Source of the DNA: an uncultured virus (IMG/VR IMGVR_UViG_3300046653_000062)
Taxonomy: Duplodnaviria > Heunggongvirae > Uroviricota > Caudoviricetes
Length of the DNA: 64,000 nucleotides
Virus record (IMG/VR): IMGVR_UViG_3300046653_000062
Reading direction: 5' to 3' (one strand)
In this document: one piece after another, positions 17,824-28,400 of the stretch
Numbering within the stretch: the first letter of the stretch is position 1
Layout: each line of letters begins with the position of its first letter
Program-made: the position numbers and the translations under genes
Notes under the pieces: generated by a model
The model's database searches: none
Told to the model about the DNA's origin: nothing
What the model saw: the letters and a program-made list of their open reading frames with translations, nothing else

Positions 17824-19213
17824 ACTCGCCCTTCCCAATCTTATGGATGACATGCTTGTCGGCATTTCGATGGGCAGGCAGGCGCACATAAGCACCGACA
17901 ACAAAGAGTGGCAGGCGGTCGTCGGGAAGGAATCCCGCTCGATTGGCATGTGGGATGACGTCGCCAAGGCGACTTACCTCGAATTCATTCTCGTCGGACT
18001 GGCCAAGCATCCGCTGCGCCTTCATTTCCCCCTGGCCCCGAAGGACCCGAACATCCCCGGACCAGCCCAGGTCAGCACCTACGATCCGAAGAACAAGCAG
18101 CCTCCCGTCTGTACGTCAGAAAATGGCATTGGCCCCTCGGTCGAGTCCAGGAGCCCACAGTCCGCGTTCTGCTCGAATTGCTGGGCGAAAGAGTGGGGCT
18201 CGGCGCTGTCTCAGCGCGGCGAGAAAATCCCGGCGTGCACCACCAAGAAGCGTCTGGCCGTTATCGTGCCGTCGTTCAGTTGGGACACGGTGTTGCAGTT
18301 CGATATCCCGCCAGCGGCGTTCACCAACTGGGGTTCGCTGTTGCAGATGATGAGAGACGGCCGCATCACCCGCGTCGAGTCGGTGATGATCCGCGCCTAC
18401 TTCATCGCCAACGAGGAAGGGTTCATAAGGTTCACGTTGAGCCCGCTTGGCTACAATGAGCAGTTTCACGGCCCAAACTCGACGCCTATCATTCACCGCC
18501 ATATGCTCTCTTCGGAGACACAGGCGCTCCTCGGCGCGAATGACAGGCCGATTGATCCGGCGACCTGGGCGCCAGCCTTGGCCGCGCCCGCAGGTCAGCC
18601 AGCTCTCGCCTATACCCCAGCCGCGCAGCCAGCGCAGCAGTTCAACCAGCAGCAGGGACCGAATCAGGCGTATGCAGGCGGTGGAGCGGGCAGTGGTTAT
18701 GCGCAGCCTAATCAGGGTTATGTGAACCAGCCTGGGGGCGGCTACCAGCAGCAGCAGTTCAACCAGCAGCAGGGACCGAATCAGGCGTATGCAGGCGGTG
18801 GAGCGGGCAGTGGTTATGCGCAGCCTAATCAGGGTTATGCGAACCAGCCTGGGGGCGGCTACCAGCAGCAGCCGACAGAGCAGCCTGTCCGCCATGTCTA
18901 TCAGGTCCAGCATGGACCGGCGACCGGCGCGCAGCAGGTTGCAGGACCTGACGCCTACGAGACTGGCGACGTCGAGTATGACGCCCCGGCGCAGAACCAG
19001 CCTACCGATACGCACAGCGGCGCGGCAATCGAGGGCGAGGCCGCCAAGTCAAAGCGCACCCGCCGGACAAAGGCCCAGATCGAGGCGGACAACGCCGCGA
19101 AGGCCGCCCCAGCCTCGCCCCAGGGAGCCTATGGGATGGCGCAGGGGAGCCCGGCCACCGACGCCCTGCGCGGACAGCTTAATAGCGCGATGGGGCTCAC
19201 TCCCCCTCGCTAA
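17813..19213 (+). CDS. Putative ssDNA-binding/annealing protein with Q/G/Y-rich tail
   Basis: AAGGAG RBS; PVCTSENG..P...CSNC...WGS...C..KKRLAV core resembling phage SSB-like proteins; low-complexity C-terminus. Confidence 0.6.
   Translation: MTNELALPNLMDDMLVGISMGRQAHISTDNKEWQAVVGKESRSIGMWDDVAKATYLEFILVGLAKHPLRLHFPLAPKDPNIPGPAQVSTYDPKNKQPPVCTSENGIGPSVESRSPQSAFCSNCWAKEWGSALSQRGEKIPACTTKKRLAVIVPSFSWDTVLQFDIPPAAFTNWGSLLQMMRDGRITRVESVMIRAYFIANEEGFIRFTLSPLGYNEQFHGPNSTPIIHRHMLSSETQALLGANDRPIDPATWAPALAAPAGQPALAYTPAAQPAQQFNQQQGPNQAYAGGGAGSGYAQPNQGYVNQPGGGYQQQQFNQQQGPNQAYAGGGAGSGYAQPNQGYANQPGGGYQQQPTEQPVRHVYQVQHGPATGAQQVAGPDAYETGDVEYDAPAQNQPTDTHSGAAIEGEAAKSKRTRRTKAQIEADNAAKAAPASPQGAYGMAQGSPATDALRGQLNSAMGLTPPR
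18634..18870 (+). repeat. 117-bp tandem repeat, two copies
   Basis: Encodes QQFNQQQGPNQAYAGGGAGSGYAQPNQGY(V/A)NQPGGGYQQ twice; one substitution seen. Confidence 0.95.
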
Positions 19214-19269
19214 TCCCATCAGAAGCAGACCGGCGGCCATATGGCCGCCGGTGACCTATAGGAGATGAA

Positions 19270-19479
19270 ATGAACCAACCTCAGACCGCAAGCCAGCAGC
19301 TCGCCGAGTTCCTGGATAAAATCAACGTCTATATTAAGAAGCCCATGGGTAACCAGCCCGACGCTTTCTTGTTGGGTATCATGAAACCCCCAGAAGGTAA
19401 GTATCCAGTTCAGAAAGACGTTCTCGAACTCACGGAAGACATGATTATTTCAGACGATTTCTTACCAGAGGCCCGTTAA
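19270..19479 (+). CDS. Hypothetical protein
   Basis: AGGAG RBS; preceded by the palindrome accggcggccatatggccgccggt. Confidence 0.65.
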   Translation: MNQPQTASQQLAEFLDKINVYIKKPMGNQPDAFLLGIMKPPEGKYPVQKDVLELTEDMIISDDFLPEAR

Positions 19480-19856
19480 TGACAGAAAGACCCAGGTTTA
19501 TAAATATGACGCCTCATGAAATAACTATCGTGGACTCCAAAGGCAGAAGATTTGATATCGTAAGTCATGGAGTCGCGAGAGTTGTGATGACGGAAGAAGA
19601 GCACGATCCCATCGGCGATATCCCCGTTGTCTCATCGCCGATCGTCGGGGACCTGATCGGCCTCCCAGACCCAACTCCCGGCGCTATCTTCATCGTTTCA
19701 CGTGAAGTTCTGAACCACGAAGACGTGTTGGGGCGGGCGGATGTCTTCGCCCCTGCGACACGCCCCAGGCACAGTCCCTTTCACGATGACTTCGGGCGCG
19801 TCGTAGGCGTGACCCGGCTCGTAGCCGCCCCGCCCCGCCCAGAACCAACACGGTAA
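19479..19856 (+). CDS. Phage hypothetical protein (N[LM]TPH type)
   Basis: INMTPHEITI...GVARV...GLPDP...FIVS...RADVFAP. Confidence 0.7.
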   Translation: MTERPRFINMTPHEITIVDSKGRRFDIVSHGVARVVMTEEEHDPIGDIPVVSSPIVGDLIGLPDPTPGAIFIVSREVLNHEDVLGRADVFAPATRPRHSPFHDDFGRVVGVTRLVAAPPRPEPTR

Positions 19857-19866
19857 GGTATTAACA

Positions 19867-20559
19867 ATGACTATATTCCAGCTTTATTACAGAGACTCTT
19901 CAAAAGAACCCGCAGTTCATGAAGCCTTTATAAATCTGAAAGAAGTAAGCCTTGTTGTTCGTATCGGTCAGCAAGGTGTCGCGGTGGCGGTTCCTGGCGG
20001 ATGGCATGAGTTTTCTTTGGCTTCTGACAATCTGAAAGGCGTTGAGAAGATCAATAAGTGCGCCGACACGTATATTGATCTTATGTCAGCGTGGCGGGAG
20101 GTCCATGAGCCCGACGCGGTAAAAAAGGCCCCCCGGAAGGTGAAGACGCCGGAACTGCCTGTGGCTCTCGCGGCCCAGGTCGCAGCAGTGAAGGCCGCGC
20201 CGACGCTCATTGAACAGAGGAAGACGTTGACGGCTCTCGGGGACCAGCTCATAAAAAATGGCGTCGTCTCAGAAGTCCCGAGGTCGCCGGTCCCCATGAC
20301 CCGGTCGCCTGTGCAGGACATGCCGCCCCGCACGGTCGGCATGGTGCACCCGTTCAAGGACTCGTCGGGTCTTCCGACGACGATTGATCTTCGGGATATC
20401 ATGACGGTAACGGGATTTTCGGACGGGTCCAACAAGGTTAGGCTCGGCCTGCACCGGGGAGGCGTCAGAACCGTGTTTCTTGTTTTGAAGCCTGGGGAGA
20501 CTTTTGACGCCGCCTATATGAGCCTCTACAACAAGTGGCTCGACGTGACAGCGGTCTAA
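19867..20559 (+). CDS. Hypothetical protein with two copies of the I[DN]L...W domain
   Basis: AFINLKEV...YIDLMSAW and TTIDLRDI...YMSLYNKW. Confidence 0.7.
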   Translation: MTIFQLYYRDSSKEPAVHEAFINLKEVSLVVRIGQQGVAVAVPGGWHEFSLASDNLKGVEKINKCADTYIDLMSAWREVHEPDAVKKAPRKVKTPELPVALAAQVAAVKAAPTLIEQRKTLTALGDQLIKNGVVSEVPRSPVPMTRSPVQDMPPRTVGMVHPFKDSSGLPTTIDLRDIMTVTGFSDGSNKVRLGLHRGGVRTVFLVLKPGETFDAAYMSLYNKWLDVTAV

Positions 20560-21008
20560 TGCTTTGGGGCGGTCGGACTTTCAGCCTCACTTGAGAGGAC
20601 CGGCCGCCATTTGACCGCCGAGTTCACATCCCGTTCCAGACCGTTTAAACGGTCGTCCATCCGGGAAAGCGTGACCCAAATCCCCCCCTTGTCCGTCATC
20701 TGGTTCACGAATTTGTCGCTGTTCGCAACTGCTGAACCGACGCGCGTATCCACTAACCAAAAAAAACCGCCTATCAGAGTCGAAACGATCCCCATCGATA
20801 TGGCGGCGGTCGCTAGAATTGTCTGAACCGGTGGGAGTTGTTTGGCGCGTTGCTGACCGAGGATGTCGAGAACCTTATCCATTTTCGACTCCACGCCACC
20901 GATACGAGCCGCAAGAGACTCGTAATGCCCTTCAAGGCGCGAAATACGCTCATGCACGGGGCGCTCCCCATTGCCGTTGGAACCGAATTCGGGAGGTTTT
21001 TTTACCAT
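20556..21008 (-). CDS. Single-TM coiled-coil membrane protein (lysis-associated?)
   Basis: Coiled coil followed by a TM segment; last gene of the late operon, after the endolysin. Confidence 0.6.
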   Translation of the reverse strand: MVKKPPEFGSNGNGERPVHERISRLEGHYESLAARIGGVESKMDKVLDILGQQRAKQLPPVQTILATAAISMGIVSTLIGGFFWLVDTRVGSAVANSDKFVNQMTDKGGIWVTLSRMDDRLNGLERDVNSAVKWRPVLSSEAESPTAPKH

Positions 21009-21039
21009 AACAGCGCCGGTTCCGCGATTTGTTTAAATT

Positions 21040-21077
21040 TGAAAGGCCGCCCGGCGTTATGGAATAACGCCGGGCGT
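21040..21077 (-). terminator. Hairpin after the endolysin gene
   Basis: cgcccggcgttat/ataacgccgggcg perfect stem. Confidence 0.55.
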
Positions 21078-21081
21078 TCAT

Positions 21082-22611
21082 TTATTTGGAAGGAGTTGTG
21101 GCGGCGGTGGCGTCGTTGGACGCCTTCACCATGCGGTCATGGATAAACCAGCTCGCGACGGCGAGAAACGCGCCCGCCACCGGATAGGCTTTCAAGGTGC
21201 CAGCAAGAGGCCCCGCCGGGTCCAGCAGCCCGGAGCCAAGGAGCGCCGAGCCGACAGAGAGGGCGAACTGCATGGCCCCGCTGCTCACCCGGTCGATATA
21301 CATGCCGCCAGTCGTCGCCGAGGTGACGACTGAGCCAGGGATAACTGCGGTGGGGGTGACTGGCGCGGCTACAGCCGATGGGGCCATGGACGCGGGATTT
21401 GGAGACTGTGCGGCCGACGCCGTGAGCGCGGCGCTGGCCACATGTTTGATATAGGCGTCAGAAGCCGACTTGATCGCCGTGGCGAGTTCGTCAGGCAACT
21501 TGTTAGAGGCGGCGATCGCCACGCTGTCGGCGGTATGCGGCGCGGTGTTCCCCAGGGCCTCGCCAAGCACGTTGAGCGCAACGGGCAGGAGGGGGTTAAC
21601 CGCACCCAGCGCTGGCGCGAATTGCGGCGCCACCATTTGAGCGAGGTTGATGATTGAGGACAAATCCATGGACGGGCCTTTATGTGAACTGATGACTGGA
21701 GCGGCGTCGGCTGGAAGTTTAGAAACGCTTGAAGATTTTGACATGTTGGCCAGCGCCGCGTCAATGGCGGCGCAAGTCGCGTCTCCCACTTGACCGTCAA
21801 CAGAAATACCGCTGAGTTCCTGGAAACGGCGTACAGAAGCGCGGGTATGGCGACCAAACGAGCCGTCGACAAGCAGCCCGGCTTCCATGACTTTATTCAA
21901 CGAGTCCTGCACCCACTGAATCCCGGCCAGTTTTTCTTCTTGTTTCACTAGCCGCGTAGTGACCGGCGCAGGTGGCGCGTCAAGGACGCCCCAGGCTGAA
22001 GTAAACGGGTCGGGTCCAATAAGATCAAGCGATGGGTCGAGCGCCACAAGAGCCCGAGCGAGAGGGAAAACCCCGAGCTGCGTATCGTGCTCGTCCGGGT
22101 TCCACTTCCCATCCGACACATACTTGCCGCCGCCGTCCGGGTCCGTGTCATAGACCTGGGTTCCTGACCACAGGTAGCCGGTATGGCGGCCATGGAGCCT
22201 GGGGCCGAACCCGTTCCACCCCTCGCACTTGAACAGGAACCACTCCCACGTCCAGCCGTCAGGACCCGGCCGCCCGACGTGGTCATAGGTAGTGGCGTCC
22301 GTCGCGCCGTCCTCCCATGTTTTCCAGGGACCGCGCCCCTTAGGGACAAGGGACGTCACCCGACTTAATGACTGCCCGTTGCCGAGATACGTGTCAAAGT
22401 CAGAGCTGGATTCGCGCTCATTGATAACCGCGTACCACAGCGCCGGGATGCCGGTGCGCGTCTGCGTGGTCTCGTACCGACTTTTGAAGGCGAGCAGTTC
22501 CCGAGCCCGGCGCATGATCCGCGCCGCGTCAGCGTTGGTCGTCGGCAACGCGATTTCAGCCAAATGCTTATACTCTTCCCGGTTGAACAGGAAGGTGAGG
22601 TTTGTCGTCAT
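21082..22611 (-). CDS. Endolysin: lysozyme-like domain, peptidoglycan-binding domain and hydrophobic C-terminal extension
   Basis: RY...TGIP...INERESS.DF..YLGNG..L..VPKGRGP..WE, WNGFG, YLWSGT; PG-binding motif VDGSFG..T..VRRFQ...G..VDG.VG..T. Confidence 0.85.
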   Translation of the reverse strand: MTTNLTFLFNREEYKHLAEIALPTTNADAARIMRRARELLAFKSRYETTQTRTGIPALWYAVINERESSSDFDTYLGNGQSLSRVTSLVPKGRGPWKTWEDGATDATTYDHVGRPGPDGWTWEWFLFKCEGWNGFGPRLHGRHTGYLWSGTQVYDTDPDGGGKYVSDGKWNPDEHDTQLGVFPLARALVALDPSLDLIGPDPFTSAWGVLDAPPAPVTTRLVKQEEKLAGIQWVQDSLNKVMEAGLLVDGSFGRHTRASVRRFQELSGISVDGQVGDATCAAIDAALANMSKSSSVSKLPADAAPVISSHKGPSMDLSSIINLAQMVAPQFAPALGAVNPLLPVALNVLGEALGNTAPHTADSVAIAASNKLPDELATAIKSASDAYIKHVASAALTASAAQSPNPASMAPSAVAAPVTPTAVIPGSVVTSATTGGMYIDRVSSGAMQFALSVGSALLGSGLLDPAGPLAGTLKAYPVAGAFLAVASWFIHDRMVKASNDATAATTPSK

Positions 22612-22626
22612 GCCGGGCCTCTGGGC

Positions 22627-22971
22627 TTACGAAGGACTTGGGAGGAAATGCGCTGGTTTCGGCGGCGTCAGCTCAGGCGCTCCCGCTGTTTTCATAAGTT
22701 GCGCCATGGACAGCTTCACGAACTCATTGCGGAAAGACTCGGTCGCCGCCGCGCCCTGGCGCGTCTCTTGCGCGGTGTTCAAGAGAAGCATTGGCAACAA
22801 ACCAACGGCGCAGCTCCACTCATCCACATCCGCGCCAGTGTTCGGGTTCACGCCGCGAATCTGCGTCCACCAGGGGCATTTCTTGCAAACTGTGGACATG
22901 GACGCGCGATGGAGTGGACAGTCCAGCTCGGCGGGACCATCAGGAATATTCTTTCTCATGCTGGACTCCAA
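22627..22971 (-). CDS. Cys-rich phage protein next to the tail fibre
   Basis: CPL..C.KCPWW..IRG.NPNTG..VDEW.CA...ESFRNE. Confidence 0.7.
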   Translation of the reverse strand: MESSMRKNIPDGPAELDCPLHRASMSTVCKKCPWWTQIRGVNPNTGADVDEWSCAVGLLPMLLLNTAQETRQGAAATESFRNEFVKLSMAQLMKTAGAPELTPPKPAHFLPSPS

Positions 22972-23754
22972 TTAATTACGAGACGCTAATATAACATCCA
23001 CATATTGCACGGCGAAGTCCATTGCGGTCCCGGAACCGTTATTTTGGATAGTGAGCCCGGTGGTGCTGCTCCCTGTGCTCCCTACGCCGATAAGAGCGAA
23101 GTTGGCGCCAGAGCCGCTAGCGGTGAAGGGGGATGTGTTGGCGGTGGATGTCGGATGGATATGACCAGGGTCCGTGACGCCATGGTTATGGGTCGGCATG
23201 TTGGCCACGGAGATAGTTCTGGCGGCGAACACCGTTGTGAACGGCGTCAGGCCGCCGCTCGACGCCGCGCCGTTGACCACTCGCAACGCCTTATCATTGT
23301 GGGTGGTGTTCTTCGTCCAGCCAACTGGCGCGGCCGTCTGCGCAAAGGTCATAAGCGTGCCGCTCGGGATATCCTGCGCGACGACGCGGCAACCGTTGGA
23401 GGCGTCTGAAACAAAAAAACTGGCCTGCCCCTGCGGGACGTTGGCGGACGCCCCGAGGCCGTTTGACAGTGCCACCGTAAACGCGCCGGTCGTGGCGTTC
23501 TCGATGATCATCATACCGATATACGCCGCTGTCAGCAGGACGTTTCCGGTCATGGTTCCCACGAGCCGGACACAGAGATTCTGCGCCTGGGGGGCGGTCA
23601 GGATGACGTTTATGTTCGAAAGCGTGATCGAGACGACGCCGCCAAGATTGGTGTCAATGGTCGCGAACGTGTTGGCGTTGAGGTCCGCGCCCCACGTCCC
23701 GCTCTCGGTTCCCGGCGTAGGGACGCTGTAACCCTTATTGGCTGTTGTTGGCAT
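22972..23754 (-). CDS. Tail fibre protein with collar-like domain
   Basis: GTWG..LN.N N-terminus; PSGT.M.F.Q.AAP.GW; NMPTHNHGVTDPGH.H. Confidence 0.75.
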   Translation of the reverse strand: MPTTANKGYSVPTPGTESGTWGADLNANTFATIDTNLGGVVSITLSNINVILTAPQAQNLCVRLVGTMTGNVLLTAAYIGMMIIENATTGAFTVALSNGLGASANVPQGQASFFVSDASNGCRVVAQDIPSGTLMTFAQTAAPVGWTKNTTHNDKALRVVNGAASSGGLTPFTTVFAARTISVANMPTHNHGVTDPGHIHPTSTANTSPFTASGSGANFALIGVGSTGSSTTGLTIQNNGSGTAMDFAVQYVDVILASRN

Positions 23755-23766
23755 AGCGCGCCCCTT

Positions 23767-25494
23767 TTATGGTTGCTGATCGTCAGCGACGTTGCGGCCA
23801 GTGATCCCGCTGGCCCACGGAGTCGCCGCGCGGATATTGCGCGCCGCCCACTGTTGCGGCGCCGTGCGGGAAAGCAGGTATTTTCGCGCAAGGTTCTGCG
23901 CGGCGTCGGTGTAAAGCGCCGGTATCCCGACGCCAGCGACAGCCGCTGGAAGCGCATGGACCGGCAACGCCCCGCTCGCAAGGCCCATCCAGAAACCCCG
24001 CTCCGGCGAGCCGGAGTCGTTGACGACGGCGGGCAGCACGCTTTTACCGTGCTCCGCCCAGTCCTGGAGCGGCGAGCGACCGGCCGCCGTCGAGGCGTTC
24101 CGCAAGGTCGGGTCAAGCCGGGCAGTCGCCGAACCAAGACCAGTTGGCGTGAAAACGCCGCCATGCCCGATGGTTGACGACTGCCCGGCGGCCGCCTGCA
24201 TACGAGCAAATTTCCACCACGCTTCGCTGACGTTTTCCAGGCGCTCTTGAAATCCTGGGTTCTGGCGCGCCGCCGTGTCTTCAATCAACGAGCGGAACCG
24301 CTCGAGGAATTTACCGGCGGTTCTGTCTGCGTCGACAGAGCTATTAGCCAAAGAACGCTCGCGCTCCTTCATGCCAGTTATGACATGCTGAAGTTCTTCG
24401 CCGTTAATCGGCGTCCCCGCGCCGCGCATCTGGCTCGCTTTATTGAAATGTTCAGAAAACAGAGACTTCGCCATCTTCTCGACTCTGTCTGCTTCTGGCT
24501 TCGTCAACTCCCTGTCAAGAGCGTCAAAAATAACTTTACGATCTTTGAGAAACCGATTATCGCGCGTTAAGGTCGCACTGCGGTATGTATCGCTAAACTC
24601 TTTTCCAAGAGTTTCCTGCATATGGGCGATCTGCGCGTTACCCGGCTCGATATTGGTTGGAATCTGCTGACCGATATGCCCCATGACTTCCTCGCCCTCG
24701 CCTCTCATGGCGTCGGCGATGCTCTGCATACGCTTCTCGCGGATGGTCTGCCCAACGAACGGGAGCGATTCGGCGATGTTTTCGGCGCGCTTGGCCCAAC
24801 CGCCGACTGTCTGACCGATGGTGGTGCGCACGCCGCGATCCGCCAGCCAGCGGGCGTTCTCGTCGATCACTGGCAACACTGCGCGCGCCGCCGTCTCTCC
24901 CGCGAGCCCCAGGCCAGCGCCCGTAGCCGTTCCGAGAGCGACGTTCTCGCCCTTTTGCCCCCAGTACCCTTCGCGCGTGTCTTTAACTGGCTCCATGGCG
25001 GCCCCAGCCGCGCCAGCCGCCGCGCCCCGGCCGAGCATGCCAAGATAAGTTGGGGCCTTGGACGCCAGCCGGGCGGCGCGCGCCAGCGGCATGGCGGTTG
25101 CGGCGAGGTTGCCGAGCCCCGCCGAGTAGTCCCAGTCCTCGGGCGCTATACCTGCGCCGAGGCGGGCGCGCTGGTATTTCTCTTCAAGAGCCTTACTCGC
25201 CCAGTCCATCGTTTCGGAGCCGAACGGGAGCATATGGGAAGCGAGCTGCGCCGTCCCCACAAGCGGCTCCGCCGCGCCGAGGGCGAACCGGCCCAGCTTG
25301 CTCGACCACATGTCGCCTTCGGGCGCGGGCTCCTCGGTTGGACGGCGAATAGACGGCGTAGTCCGGCCGCCGGGCTGTGTCTGCCCGTCGCTCGCCATTG
25401 GCCCTTGACCCGGCGAGAGCGCGGCGACTGGGAAGGCGTCCCACTCGCTTTGCCCCTTGGGCGCTATTGGGAAAGCATCCCAATTATCGGTCAT
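23767..25494 (-). CDS. Putative internal virion (ejection) protein
   Basis: Ala/Gly-rich, WDAFP repeats, T.GQ..G and DSGSPER motifs; follows the large ejection protein. Confidence 0.65.
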   Translation of the reverse strand: MTDNWDAFPIAPKGQSEWDAFPVAALSPGQGPMASDGQTQPGGRTTPSIRRPTEEPAPEGDMWSSKLGRFALGAAEPLVGTAQLASHMLPFGSETMDWASKALEEKYQRARLGAGIAPEDWDYSAGLGNLAATAMPLARAARLASKAPTYLGMLGRGAAAGAAGAAMEPVKDTREGYWGQKGENVALGTATGAGLGLAGETAARAVLPVIDENARWLADRGVRTTIGQTVGGWAKRAENIAESLPFVGQTIREKRMQSIADAMRGEGEEVMGHIGQQIPTNIEPGNAQIAHMQETLGKEFSDTYRSATLTRDNRFLKDRKVIFDALDRELTKPEADRVEKMAKSLFSEHFNKASQMRGAGTPINGEELQHVITGMKERERSLANSSVDADRTAGKFLERFRSLIEDTAARQNPGFQERLENVSEAWWKFARMQAAAGQSSTIGHGGVFTPTGLGSATARLDPTLRNASTAAGRSPLQDWAEHGKSVLPAVVNDSGSPERGFWMGLASGALPVHALPAAVAGVGIPALYTDAAQNLARKYLLSRTAPQQWAARNIRAATPWASGITGRNVADDQQP

Positions 25495-28400
25495 GGTCGC
25501 ACCCTTTCAACGCCGTTCGGATCAAGGAAACGCGTTCCTCTTGGGAGTTTCATGGCTTCCGCCGATGTTCTCACTTGAATGGGTTGAGCCGCAGAACCTG
25601 GGGTTTTCTCGGCGATATTCCCCCAGAACGTCTGGTTCGCCTTATCAACAATGTCGCGCGAACGGGGCGACAGGACCTCGTTCTTTTTCCACGTCTTGCC
25701 GATATTCGATTCCCACTGCTGATCAAGGCCCTGGAGGTTGCCGTGCATCAGGCGCACGGCGGCGGCGAGCGATGCAGCGCGCTTTTCTCTCGGCTGGTCG
25801 GGGCTGAGCGCGTCTTCCCACTTTTTACGGTCGGTGTCCGAGCCCTGGCCGCCGCCCTCCAACTTCGCCAGCTCGCCAGCAAGACCATGGGTCATAGTCT
25901 TCCAGGCTTCCCGGTTCTTATCATGGCCGAAAGATTCTTCCTTCGGCCCATAGAAATTAGCCGCCATAAACCTACTATGGTCAGGAAGAACCTTATTTAA
26001 CTCGGTTAAATCCCCAAGATGGGTTGTGCCCGTCTCAAGAGCCTGTCTTATCTTACCTTCAGGAGACTTTCCGCTGTTGTATTCTGAGCGGAAAGTCTGT
26101 TTTACGGCGAGCGCCTGCGGGTCGTAAGTCTCGCCGCGCTGTCTCGCGACAGCGCGAACGGCCTCCTCCATGCCCGCGCGCATCCTGGCCGGAACCGACT
26201 CCATCTTTTTTGACCCGTCGAGGATGCCCTCGGCGGTCTCCCGCGTGCCAGGGTACTGGCGGAACATCTGATCAACCGTCGCCTCGCCGGTCGGCTGCGC
26301 CGCTCCAGCGGCTCCAGGCGATCCAACCTGCATGGTCCCTGGAGCCGGGGCTGAAGGTCCAGTGGTCGGCGCGGTCTGGCCAGCCTCGGTGATCGCGCCG
26401 CTGTGGACGTCCATCGATCCCGCGTGCTGAACGCCCAAAATATCGGACCAGTGCGCGGGCGCGAACTTCGGCTGGTTCATCGCTTCAAGAGCCAGCTTGG
26501 CGCGCTGGACGCCCATACTCTGCTCGTTCATCTGCATCTGCTGTCCGGCCTGCATGCCGGTCGCCCCGGCGCCCGCCGCCTGCCACCCAAGCGGATTGCC
26601 ACCCATCATAGAGAGGCCGGTGACCATGAGGTTGCGCCGCTGGTCCGACGTCATGCCGAGCGGGTTCCAGCTATCCTTGCCTTCTTTGCCGGGTCCGGTG
26701 ATCCCCTCCAGCGGGTTCCACCCACCGAGGATTTTCTGAACGAAATTGACTTGGTTCTGCTCGTGCGGAAGCAGTTCGGCCGCCGACTTCGGCTTGTTCT
26801 CGGCCTCCTCTTTTACCGACTTGGCGGCCTCGGCCACCTGATCGGACTTGCCGCCGGGCTGAACATTCTCGCCGAGCGCTCCGGCGAGACGGTTGTTGAT
26901 GCGCTTTTCAAGCCCTGGCTGATGGCTGGGGTTTTCGCTAAGATATGTCTCGAAATCCTGGCGGACATGGGACTTATCGATAGCCGTCATGTTCTTGAGG
27001 AACGTTGGGATATCGCCGTCAGCGCCAGCCCACGCGCGCTTGATCCGCCCCGAGCCGTTACGCCCCTCGGGGTCCTTGCTGATGCCCGTCCCATGCTGCA
27101 CGTAGCGGTCCTCAAAATACTGCTGAACACGTGGGTCTTCGGCGACGGGGCCGGGAAGACCGGCGTCCAGAATATGAGACCTCACCGAGCTTTTAATATA
27201 TTTGTCGTGCCAGTTGTCTTCAGCAGCCTCCAGGCCCTGCGGATTATCTTTGGCGATGCGCTTCCAATCGGCGGCGAAACCCCACGGGTCCTGGCGCGGG
27301 TTGTGGGTGAAGCCCAGCTCCGCGCCGTGATCGTGGAAAAACTCGCCCGCCGAGCCGCCGCCCTTCGTCGCTAAAATGCCGTAGTGCCCCATGGACGGAT
27401 TGCCGCCGGTGTCCCGCGTCACGCCGCCGAGGTCATTTTCGAAGTGCATGGACTTCGTGATTGACACGCGCGCGCCCTCGCCATACCGGCGAGGGATTTC
27501 CTCGCCCGCGTTACCGGCTTTCGGAGCCCCGACGCCGCCCGAATATGGCTCGACCTTATGGGCCAGTTCTTTTTCAGTGGCGGCCAAGTCCTCGGCCGGG
27601 GTCATAGGCTCGCCGGTCTGCGGGTTGATCTTGAACGTCTTGGTCAGCGCCGGAGCCTGCTCCGCCGGGATAGTCTTTGACGCCTCGGTGACAGGCGCGG
27701 CCGGGACCGCCGCCTGTTCCCTTGGCGGGATATCGAACGTCGTCAGGTTATGGCCAGCTCTTGAGAGCGCGCTCTTGAACAGGTCATAATTCGACTTCGG
27801 CTCGTTAAATCCGCCAGCCGGTTCAGCGGGGCGTATCCACGACGTGTTCTCGTCCGGGCCTGGGGCCAGATTGGGGATAGCCGCTGCGTGGCGCGCGGCG
27901 AATGGGGTAGGCGGTTTGCGCTCGGGCAGCGGAGGCGTCGGCCCCTCGCCGACTGGCGTAACCTGATCGCCCGAGGGGCCGTTTAAACGCACTGCGTTCT
28001 GCGCGGCCTCGGCATAGCGGAGGAGTTTCGCCCGCTTGTCAGCTTCAATCTCCCGCTCGGCGTCCAGGCGCGACTTCTCCACGATATTGCGCTCGGGCAG
28101 CTCTGGAGCCGCTGACCCGTGGCCAGTCGCCCAGACGAACTTCTCTTCCGGGGTCATGCGATCCCAGTTCGCAGGGACAGCTTCTGGATTGGCGATAGGG
28201 TGGGTCAGCTCTGACTTCGCAGCCAATGCGCTAACAGGGCCGCCGCTGATTGGGCGCTCGGCCTCCTTGGCGAGTTCTTCTGGCGGCCGCGTCATTTCAG
28301 GCGGGATTTGCGCCTGTTTCGGCCCCCCAGCCAACTCGTCTTCAGGAGACCACGACTCGCCCGCCCCCACGGGGATAGCGGTCTGGCCGCCAGCGACCGG

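Noticed and set aside
18634..18870. DGR template/variable repeat pair
   Set aside because: Copies are adjacent, in frame and differ by one T/C change; no reverse transcriptase in the window
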